Shown here one piece after another: positions 34,442 through 44,825 of a stretch of DNA of 64,000 bases. The stretch lies in NCBI GenBank assembly GCA_030390025.1, contig CM059431.1, positions 156,242,001 to 156,306,000 of the forward strand. Reading direction: 5' to 3'. The position numbers were made by a program, and so were the translations under genes. The DNA is from Squalus acanthias. Its lineage: Eukaryota. Position 1 is the first letter of the stretch. Each line of letters starts with the position of its first letter. The notes under the pieces were generated by a model. It worked only from the letters and a program-made list of their open reading frames with translations, was not told the DNA's origin and did not search any database.

Positions 34442-35794
34442 ATGGGGGCTGCAATGATTGGGGGCGTCGTCCTGCTCCAGCTCAATCGGAGGAGAGTGAG
34501 ACGCAGACAGAGAGTGGCAATGATGGCCAGACGGAGGAGGCCCATCAGGCGCATGTACAGGAGAGCTTACCCTCCCAGGGTATATCGTGAACAGCTCTCC
34601 TACATCCACATGTCCGAGGAGCTGTGTTTGCGAAGGCTGTGATTCAGCAAGGAGGTGGTCACTGAGCTCTGCCACCTGCTGCCGCCAGATCTGCAGCCTC
34701 AGCTGAGGTCCAGGACGACTCTGTCGGTGGCAGTGAAGGTCACAGTGGCTTTGAACTTCTACGCCACTGGCTCATTCCAAGCTGCTGTTGGGGACCTCGC
34801 CAATATCTCCCAGTTTGCGGTGCATCGCTGCATCCGGCAGGTCACCAATGCCCTCTTCACAAGGAGACGAGACTTCATCTCCTTCCCTATGACCCCAGAC
34901 AAGCAGCATGACCGTGCTATGGGCTTTGCGAGGGTAGCGGGCTTCCCCATGGTGCAGGGCGCCATTGACTGCACGCATGTGGCTTTGCGTGCTCCGCGAG
35001 AGAATGCAGAGGAGTTCCGGAACAGAAAGGGGTTCCATTCCTTGAATGTGCAGTTGGTCTGTGACCACAGACAGGTGATTCTCGCTGTCAATGCCCACTA
35101 TCCGGGCAGCTGCCACGATGCTTTCATCCTGCGCCAGAGTACTGTGGCAGAAATTTTCGAGGCACCGCATCAGCCAGTTGGTTGGCTTCTGGGGGACAAG
35201 GGGTACGCATTGAGCACCTGGCTGATGACACCGCTCCGTGCGCCAAACACCCCTGCTGAGCTGCGGTACCAGGAAAGCCAACAAGCAACGAGGAACATTA
35301 TTGAGTGCACAATCGGCGTGCTCAAACAACGATTCCGCTGTCTGGACCATTCCGGAGGAGCCCTGCAGTACTCGCCTGAGCAAGTTTCCAAATTCGTAGT
35401 GGTGTGCTGCATGTTGCACAACATGGCAATCCTCAGGACGCAGCCAATGCCACCAGGCCTTGCAGCACCACAAGAGGAGGAGGAGGAAGAGGAGGAACAG
35501 GCCGAGGACGATGATCAGCAGCAGCACCAAGGCAGGAGGGCGGCCCACAATGGTCAAACTGCAAGGGCCGTCCGTCAACGACTAATAGCAAGCCGCTTCT
35601 GGGGCCCCTGCCAGTGCTACAAACACGAATCAACCCAGCACGCAAGCCCTAAGCCGGCCAAGGCACCAATAATTCCAACCACCAGCCATGTATATTTTGA
35701 ATACAGAAACTTATTTATTGTACAAACTCTGTGTGTGTCAATTCCTCATGACAAACTCATAGAAATAAACACAAAAAAACAGTCAATAACATAA
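34442..35794 (+). pseudogene. Harbinger DDE transposase (HARBI1-like) with one premature TGA at 34640-34642
   Basis: RRL*FSKE, ALNFYATGSFQ, GAIDCTHV, NRKGFHSLNVQLVCD, PGSCHDAFI, LLGDKGY, RNIIECTIGVLKQRFRCL. The natural end may be at LIASRF (~35600). Confidence 0.9.
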
Positions 35795-35896
35795 CTGGTT
35801 CTCACAACCTGGAGATAATGTCCAAAACACTAAACAAAAGTTGGGCCATGAACCTCGGCCTTTAATAAAAAAATGACCAGCATTTTGGCACACCTC

Positions 35897-37992
35897 CTAC
35901 TTTTTGCACTTCGAGGGTGATCTCCTTCCCTTGCGCACTTCCCCCCTTCTAACCCTACTGCTCCTCCGTAATGGGACCTCAGTGGCTGCAGCAAGGCTGG
36001 TGGAAGGCTGCTGCTTGTCAGACCCTGACACTGCAGATGCCCCTGAAGGACGGCCTCGACCACTTCTGGGCCTGGAGGGCCCGGCTGCAGACTGCACCAA
36101 CTCTGCATGGGCGGCAGCAGTCTGTCCTACAGGCGGTGGCAAGTGCAGTGGAGAAGTGACAGTGTTGGCAGCAGGAATGCTGTCATCGTGAGAGAGGACA
36201 GCAACTCCCTGCTCGCCCGACACACTGGCACTCCCACGGGGCAACACTTCAGCATCCGGAGCAATTTGCCGGAGAACAGATTGCTGGCCTGCTGCGGCGC
36301 GGTGACAGCCCCGGGGACATGTGCACGAACCATCGAGGATGGCAGCAGTCAGTGCTCGGGTGGCCTCAATCTGAGTCTGCATGAGAGCAGGCTCAGATGG
36401 GTTCCTGGCAGCCAGTGACTGAATTGCAGCAGTAAGCTTTAGTGTGGCATCCGCCTGTGCTACAGCGAAGTGCTCCACACTCCTTGCCAGTGCCTCAATG
36501 CATTCGGGCACCCTTCCCACTGCACCCATGAGCTCAGTGTGCATGACCACCGCCTGGCTGTTCATTTCTGCAATCAGCCGCTCCTCCTCTGCGTCCATTG
36601 CATTAGGAGTGTCTGGCATACTCTCTCTCTGGGGAGAAGGCTCCCGTTCTTCCCTCCCCCCCCCCATGGCGTTGCTGCAGCCCGCTGGGTCCTGGAACTT
36701 CACCATCATCAGTCCCTTCCCCCCTGCTCCCCCGTTCTTCCCTCCCCCCCCCCCCCGCCAATGGCGTTGCTGCAGCCCGCTGGGTCCTGGAACTTCACCA
36801 TCATCAGCCCCTTCCCCCCTGCTCCCCTCCGGGGAAGGCGTGTTCCCAGTGTGGCCATGGGCTTCCTCGGGAGAGGGTGGCACTGATGCTCCGGCTTCCT
36901 CTTCCTCCTCAGCTGCAGCATCACTCCCAGTGGCAGCTTCAGGGACCATCTCCTCAGCTGGTGAATCACCATCTGAAAGCAGGGAGGTACAAGAGTGGCT
37001 TTAGCGTGAGGACAGGGTGGCAGTAAGGGAGGAATAAGTGCAGCGAGTTGGCAAGTTGGATTGAAAGTGTCAAAGGCTGGTATTGTGAGGGACAAGTGGA
37101 AGGACAGAGGACAAAAAGGTGATGACCTTACCATTGCTGTCCACAACGGGGTCGGCGTCTCCAGTGGCGACGGGACCGATCACCCGGCTTGCCACAATCC
37201 TGTGGACGCGCTCCTCCAGATCGCTGAGGGGTTGCAGCTGAAGCCGCCCTCCACCCGTCCGTTGCTGCTGTCTCCGATTATGAGCCAGCTTAGCCTGCAA
37301 GAAAAAGGACAGCATCTGAGTCAATATACAGACATGGTCTTGCCTGATGTGCCTCCCATAGGTGAATAGCCCTTACAATATGCAGCCATGGTCTTGCCTG
37401 ATATGCCTCCCATAGGTGAATAGCCCTTACTGTATGCAGCCATGGTCTTGCCTGATGTGCCTCCCATAGGTGAATAGCCCTTACTGTATGCAGCCATGGT
37501 CTTGCCTGATGTGCCTCCCATAGGTGAATAGCCCTTACTGTATGCAGCCATGGTCTTGCCTGATGTGCCTCCCATAGGTGAATAGCCCTTACTGTATGCA
37601 AAGTGTGGAATGTGTGTGTGTGTTTCATGAAAGGGCCATAGGTGTTGCATGAGTGTTGTGCATTGGGGTTTTAAGACCCTCTGGCCATAGAGTGAGGTTG
37701 AGATGGAGGGATGGAGAGGTATTGAGAAAAAGCCACTCACCCTGACGACCCGAGTGAGGTCGTTGAACTTTTTGCGGCACAGGACATGGGTCCTGGGCAC
37801 CATGCTCCTGGAGGAGACGCTCTGAGCCACCTCCCTCCACACTCTTCTGAACTCGCGTGGCAAAGGCCTCCTGCCACTCTCCGGGAACAGCATGCATCGT
37901 CTGCGCTCCACTGCGTCAAGCATAGCATCCAAGGCCCGCTCAGTGAAGCGATGAGCGCGTTCTCTCACCCTCTCCATGCTTGGCAGCAACAT
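35897..37992 (-). CDS. Harbinger Myb/SANT-like DNA-binding protein, 3 exons (37992/37977-37741, 37294-37132, 36972-35897)
   Basis: RAHRFTERALDAMLDAV...WREVA...CRKKFNDL; AKLAHNRRQQQRTGGG. Phase-compatible GT-AG junctions: agg|gtgagt...cag|gct and g|gtaagg...cag|at. Confidence 0.8.
37333..37599. repeat. 54-bp minisatellite x5 in Myb intron 1
   Basis: catggtcttgcctgatgtgcctcccataggtgaatagcccttactgtatgcagc starting at 37333, 37387, 37441, 37495, 37549. Confidence 0.95.
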
Positions 37993-40900
37993 GGATTACA
38001 GGTCTCTCCAGGCTGATATTCAAGGCTGCAATGAGCAGGGTGTGGCTGGGGAGCAAGTGGCCCCCCCCGCTTTAAGAAGTGTCCGGCGCCAGTGTGTCTG
38101 TGTTCCCTCGCTAACTGGCAGCAGCTGCGCTGCGCTCGTGCGCTGAGGTAGCGCCTCACTCCTAGGCCTTTGCGCCTTAAGAGAGGTGTGCAGCGCCTAA
38201 TTTAGCGCTCCACTCACCTCCCGGGGCGGTAAAAGTGAAGTTTCCTGTCAGTGCCGATAATTAGCGCCAGGCGCTAATATTTGCGCGCGGACGATATTTG
38301 CGCCCCAAATGGGGCGCGACCTAATTTCTACCTTTTGTGTCTTAATGCAAGGAGCATTCGGAACAAGGTGGACGAATTAGCTGCGCAAATAGATGTAAAC
38401 GAATGTGATTTGATTGGGATTACCGAAACATGGCTCCAGGGTGGCCAAGGCTGGCAACTTAATATCCAGGGGTACTCATTATTCAGGAAAGATAGGCAAA
38501 AAGGAAAGGGAGGTGGGGCAGCATTGCTGGTTAAAGAGGGGATTAACACAATTGAAAGGAAGGCTATTAGCTCTGATGATGTGGAATCTGTCTGGGTCGA
38601 ACTGAGAAATAACAAGGGGCAGAAAACGTTAGTGGGAGTGATATATAGACCTCCAAACAGTAATGTGGAGGTTGGGGATGGCATTAAAATGGAAATTAGA
38701 GAAGCGTGCAATAAAGGCACAGCAGTCATCATGGGTGACTTAAATCTACATATAGATTGGGCTAACCAAATTAGTAACAATACTATGGAGGAGGAATTCC
38801 TGTAGTGTTTATGGGATGGTTTCCTGGACCAATATGTCGAGGAACCAACCAGAGATCAGGCCATCTAAGACTGGGTATTATGCAATGAGAAAGGATTAAT
38901 TAACAATCTTGTTGTGCGAGGCCCCTTGGGTCGGAGCGATCATAATATGATAGAATTCTTCATTGGGATGGAGAGTGAAGTAGTTGACTCAGAGACTCGG
39001 GTCCTGTATTTTAAGAAAGGAAACTACTTTGGTATGAGGTGCGAGTTGGGTAGGATTGATTGGGGAATGTCACTCAACGGGTTGACGGTGGATAGGCAGT
39101 GGCAAACATTCAAAGACCGCATGGATGAACTACAGAATTTGTTTATCCCAGTTTGGCATAAGAATAAAGCAAAAAGAATGACTCAACCATGGCTAACAAG
39201 GGAAATTAGGGATAGCATAAGATCCAAGGAGAGGGCATATAAATTGGCCAAACAAAGCAGTAACCCTGTGGATTCGGAGCAGTTTAAGATTCAACAAAGG
39301 AGGGCAAAGGCATTAATTAAGAAGGGGAAAATAGAATACGAGAGTAAGCTTTCAGGGAACATAAAAACTGACCGTAAAAGCTTTTATAGATATGTGAAGA
39401 GAAAAAGATTAGTGAAATCAAGCATAGGTCTCTTGCAGTCAGAATCAGGTGAAAGTATAATGGGCAACAAAGAAATGTCAGACCAAAGAAATACATATTT
39501 TGGTTCTGTCTTCACAAAGGAGGACACAAATAACCTCCCAGAGATGTTGGGGAACATAGGGTCTGATGAAAGGGAGGAACTGAAAGAAATCAGTATTTGT
39601 AGGGAAATGGTGTTACTGCAATTGAAGGCATTGAAGGCCGATAAATCCCCCGGGTCTGATAATCTACATCCTAGGGTATTAAGGAAGTGGCCCGAGAAAT
39701 AGTAGATGCATTGCGAATCATCTTCCAACATTCGATGGAATCAGGAAACGTTCCCATGGATTGGAGGGTAGCTAATGTTACCAAACTATTCAAAAAGGGT
39801 GTAAGAGAGAAAACGGGGAATTACGGACCGGTAAGCCTGTCATTGGTAGGGGGGGCGGGGGGGGAATGTTAGAGTCCATTATAAAAGATGTAATAGCTGA
39901 GAACTTGAAAAACAATGACAGGATCGGACAAAGTCAACATGGATTTACAAAAGGTAAATCATGCTTGACTAATCTACTGGAATTTTTTGAGGATGTAACT
40001 GGTAAAATAGATAAGGGAGAAACAGTGGATGTGGTGTATTTGGTCTTCCAAAAGGATTTTGATAAGGTCCCGCATAAGAGATTAGCGTGTAAAGAAAAAG
40101 GCACATGGGATTGGGGGCAAGGTATTGACTTGGACAGAGAACTGGTTGACAGACAGATAGCAAAGAGTTGCAATAAACGGGTCTTTTTCCGAGTGGCACC
40201 CAGTGACTAGTGGGGTACCGCAGGGATCGGTACTGGGACCCCAGCTATTCACAATATACATTAATGATCTAGACAAGGGAACAAGATCTAATGTCTCAAA
40301 GTTTGCAGATGACACAAAACTGGGTTTGCGTGTGTGCTGCGAGGAGGATGCCGAGAAACTCCAGGATGATTTGAATAGGTTGGGTGATTGGGCAGAAGAG
40401 TGGCTGATGCAATATAACGTGGATAAATGAGAGGTTATCCACTTTGGTGTCAAAAACAGAAAGGCAGATTATTATCTGTATGGCAATAGATTGGGAGAAG
40501 GGGAAGTGCAACGAGACCTGGGTGTCCTTGTGCACCAGTCGCTGAAGGTAAGCATGCAGGTGCAGCAGGCGGTTAAGAAGGCAACTGGTATGTTGGCCTT
40601 CATAGCGAGAGGTTTTGAGTACAGGAACAAGGAAGTCTTGCTGCAGTTGTACAGGGCCTTGGTGAGACCACACCTTGAGTACTGTGTGCAGTTTTGGTTG
40701 CCTAATCTGAGGAAGGATGTTCTTGCCATGGAAGGAGTTCAGTGAAGATTCAGAAGGCTGATACTTGGGATGGCAGGAATGAGGTATGAAGTGAGATTGG
40801 ATCGATTGGGCTTATACTCGCTGGAGTTTAGAAGAATGAGAGTGGATCTAATAGAAACATATAAAATTCTGACAGGACAGGACAAACTAGATGCAGGAAG

Positions 40901-41791
40901 GATGTTCCCGATGGTCGGGGAGTCCAGAACCAAGGGTCACAGTCTAAGGATAAGGGGTAAGCCATTTAGGACTGAGATGAGGAGGAAATTCTTCACCCAG
41001 TGTGTGGTGAACCTGTGGAATTCTCTCCCACAGAAGGCAGTAGAGGCCAATTCATTAAATAGATTCAAGAAGGAGTTGGATATATTTCTTATGGCTAAAT
41101 CTATCAAGGGCTATGGGGAAAAGGCAGGAATAGGGTACTGAATTTGGATGATCAGCCATGATCGCATTGAATGGCGCAGGAGGCTAGAGGGGCCGAATGG
41201 CCTACTCCTGTTCCTATCTTTTATAAACAAAAATTAAATTTTTTGAAAAAAATCATTAAAGTACTTTAAGGAGCTAAAATTAAACTTACCTTTCTTAGAA
41301 GTATTTTAAAATTATAAATGAGTGAAAAATATATATATATTATTACTTTTTAAACTCTTATGCTGAGAAAACCTGCCTTACGCCTGCTTTTCCCAGGTGT
41401 AAGATTTATAAGTGTTTTCAGCGGGCGGAGGTCATACAGCAAGCTGAATCTCCACCTGCAGAGGCCCTTTCCCAGGGCAGGCGTCCGATCTGTCCAGAGG
41501 ATTCTTCTTATTTAATGCATTAACAACGACGAGTTCTGAGTCCTTTGAGACGATATTAGCTGTAATATAAGCGCACGTAAATTGGTGGGCCGTGAGAAGG
41601 CTGTTATCATTCACCCCATGGCACTCAGGTCCTCGCACCACCACACCTACGCCGCAAATATAAAGTCGCCAGAGAATACAACCGTTAAACCAGCAAAGAC
41701 ATGCCGTTCCAGATCGACTTGAACAATCTCCCACCAACCCGTCTCAAATTTAGGAGGCCATTTAGACAATTCCAACATATATGTAGCATAC

Positions 41792-41952
41792 CTTATGAAT
41801 TGTTTCAGTAAACACGTTTGCATCGAAGAGCGACCGACGAACAGCTTCCACGAATTCTTCAATTGACGATTCTAGTCTCTGGCGGTAGCACACGATAATT
41901 CTTTTAAGCTGGATATCCGTGTAGCTCGCCAAAATTAGTAACATTTTAGAGT
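41792..41952 (-). CDS. NLR CARD-like module exon A, copy 2 (161 nt, open)
   Basis: ttcag|(D)SKMLLILASYTDIQLKRIIVCYRQRLESSIEEFVEAVRRSLFDANVFTETIHK|gtatgc. Confidence 0.75.
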
Positions 41953-44003
41953 CTGAATGTTCTGTAAAAGTGTAAATGAGAACAGGTTACAATACTATGT
42001 TTGCTTTGAAGCAATGAATAATCTGAACTAACTTTTTAGAGCAGCAGCTTTTCTTTAGAGCCTTTCAAACAGTGAGACGGGCAATGGCGCCTCACAGAGC
42101 AGGAATTTAGAGTTTAAGCTGCCTCTGTTTCGTAGAGTTAAGAGAAACGACCGATATCTTGCAACATGTGGAGGTTGTTTAAAGTAAGTAGGAAGTAAAG
42201 AGTGGAGGCCATTAGCAACGGAATCCAGCCAGTGGTGCTGACGGCTTTGTTGGAGACCGGAGCAGAGGAACCAATAATCTGGGGACCACAGCAAAGGGAG
42301 AGGATGGACAAGAAATAAAAGAGGGTTTCTGAAGAAGACTGTAGAGCTAAGAAGATCGAGACCGTAAACGGAATTGTAGATGAGTAGGAGTCTTTCACAA
42401 ATTGTCTGGGATAGCAAGTGAATGTAGGTCACTGACGAAGGGGATTATGGATAAGTGGAAATGAGGGTGAACTGATGAATTGAAGCAGTCGAGCTCTGGA
42501 GTTTCTATCTGGCAGTGCACAAATGTCGTTTAAGGAATCGAGTCTAAATCTTACAAAAGCGTAGATAAAGCACGAGCAAATATTCATATGTTATCAAAAA
42601 TCCTTAATATTAACATATGATGGTTGTGGACGGTGATCTGTGAATCCAGGTCGAAATTTATTGCTTGGAATCACCAGATGCTGCTGAGCAATTAGAAATA
42701 GTCGTGACTCTCGCTTGTTAGCCTAAAGAGCTAATAAAATAGGTACAGATATTCAAATAAAGTAACAGTAAATGCAAGCTCAATACTTCTTTCTTGGGAA
42801 AACTAAACTGTGATACGGACCGGAGAAATTGAAATACTGTTAATCTAAATGTACTCAAAATAAATTTGATAGATATCGATACACCAATTAAAAGAACACA
42901 TCATTTGGAAAAAGTTATTGATATCAAATTAAAATAATAATACCATATCTGAAACATGACAATAGCTGGTAGGAATCATAATTGAATGTAACTGATTCTA
43001 AAATGCCTGTCGATGGAAGTAGAAAGGCCTGAGAGATACTAAATAAAGAAAGGCCCGGAATTTGCGGTCAGCGCGAAGCAAAGGCATTTGCTGCGGCCAC
43101 AAAGTAAGCTTGACACAAAGATCTCGCAATCAGGTTCTTCGAAGTGTAATTCAAATCAACGGAGCATCATTGGGAACCCCGAGTGCAAGCTGCTGTGACG
43201 TCAACAGGCTGTCTAAGCATCCAATCAAAACGCAGAATTCTCACAGACAGCGAACAAGGAAGGGAATAAGCTGTTAAACTTCTAACATTTCAAACAAATG
43301 ATTGAGCGAACGAAACAAATATTGGGGCACTCACATGGGGAAAATGCAAAGCAGAAATAAGGAGGAAAAATCTTTTTAAATAATTACATTTTCATAATAA
43401 TGAAATTTTTATTTAAATGAATAAAGATGTCTCTGCAGAAAATTAAAATTAGATTTTCAGTCCATCACATTTGTTTAGAATTCAATACGCTGTTGCAATC
43501 CAGTTACATCCATCCCTTTCAGACAAACTTTTAGGTGGAATTCAAGAGCGCAATTACTGTGAAAGAGCCGAAAATTTCATCAGTTTTCCAGATTTGAGAG
43601 ATTTCCCTGATTGCCGGCTCTGGGTGGGCACAGCGCAGCCTCTGCAATTTTATTGGACTCAAAGGAAGGGAACATAGGACCGAGCGCACAATGGGCAGCA
43701 GATGCGATACCGGCCGTTTTTCGGCGATGACAAAACACAGGCCGTATCGCATCCATCGCCTGTTATACGCTGCGCCCGAATAAACTTGAATTGAGCTGAA
43801 ATCGGGCATGTGTGTAACTTTCGGCAAATGTGATTCCTGCCATTTTGTGTCCACGCCCAATTAGAATTTCATCCTCATGGACGTTAACTTAAAATAAGTG
43901 CCTCGACATAAATAATGAACTCTGTTACTCTGAAAGTAAACAAGCTCTTTTGCAATTAGTTTTTGACATCGCCTACCTTCTAGATCATGTTTTGTCCCTG
44001 TAC

Positions 44004-44175
44004 CTCTGTTCTGTATCTCTGACAATGTCGCTTTCTGCTTAGGTTTTGTGTTACGCATTTGAAGAAATATGTTCCACATTGTTCTTTCGCCCCGAGCTCC
44101 CTTTTCCAGCACGGTTTCGAAAATGAGTTGGGAAGCATCGTTTCTGCGCTGACTTTCAGCAAGTGTACTGATTTC
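44004..44175 (-). CDS. NLR CARD-like module exon B, copy 3 (172 nt, open)
   Basis: ttttag|EISTLAESQRRNDASQLIFETVLEKGARGERTMWNIFLQMRNTKPKQKATLSEIQNR G|gtacag. Confidence 0.75.
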
Positions 44176-44825
44176 CTAAAAAAATATTGCAATCATATTG
44201 AACAAAGAATTTTCCAAAATCAGCTAAGAAATGTCTTTTTTCTTTCTCCCTCTCTTTATGAGAGGAATGAATAGAAAAGCTCACAATCAGGTTACCAAAA
44301 TCTTCGACAACGAGATAAGTTATAAGAAGCGTCTCTAAAGAGGTGCATAAAAGAGTGAATGTATTGGATAGTACTGGAGAAGATAGTACGAGAGGCGTCG
44401 TATTACCATATTAGATAGGAGCAGACTAAAAATAATTATGAGAAATTCAAAAATTAGTTTTGAATGCATATACGTAAAAGCACAATGTGTGGTGAATAAG
44501 GTTAGTAAGCAACAAGCACAATTAATTGTATGACAATATGATGTGGCAATAACGGAAACGTGGCTTAAAAACGGTGAGGACTGGGCACTTAATATTCAAG
44601 GGTACAAGGTGTTCAGAAAAGATAGGGAAGGGAAAACGGGAGGTTGGGTGGCAGTGCTGATTAAGGAAGAAATTCTAGTGATGGAAAGGGATGATGTTCC
44701 TGTGGGGACAAGGACAGAATCCATTTGGTTAGAGTAGAGGAGCAAAAAGGGTATGATCACGATTTTGGGGGTATTCTGTAGGCCAGGATCACGGCTTGCA
44801 TGTCGTCGTGAAGCAGGCGGAGGAT

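Larger units (their letters stand above)
33929..38334 (+). mobile_element. Full-length PIF/Harbinger DNA transposon with convergent transposase and Myb/SANT genes
   Basis: TIRs ggggtaaaaatt / aatttctacctt. Interrupts CR1 at aaggcttt|ttgtgtctt (short T-rich TSD, exact length ambiguous). Confidence 0.92.
33351..41222 (+). mobile_element. 5'-truncated CR1 LINE (ORF1 SGNH tail plus ORF2 with stops), interrupted by Harbinger
   Basis: HIGSND, DGLHLGRAG (ORF1). KTSLKAL joins CLNARSIRNK across the Harbinger. APE and RT remnants to 41141, then 3' UTR. Confidence 0.9.
32989..41510. mobile_element. Harbinger-type MITE, copy 3, split by a CR1 (pieces ~32989-33350 and ~41223-41510; right end lost)
   Basis: The two pieces align consecutively to MITE copies 1 and 2. 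Confidence 0.75.
14770..44341. repeat. Tandem intragenic duplication, ~5.7-kb unit (excluding TEs), two full copies plus a partial third
   Basis: 14770-15362 plus 22605-25740 match 27730-32987; 26185-29020 matches 41510-44341. Each copy carries different TE insertions. Confidence 0.9.

Noticed and set aside
34442..35794. Domesticated host gene HARBI1
   Set aside because: Flanked by TIRs, inserted in a CR1, paired with a Myb gene and carrying a stop, so it is a transposon copy
37333..37599. CRISPR-like or repeat-protein interpretation of the 54-bp array
   Set aside because: No unique spacers, eukaryotic context, and it lies in a GT-AG intron of the Myb gene
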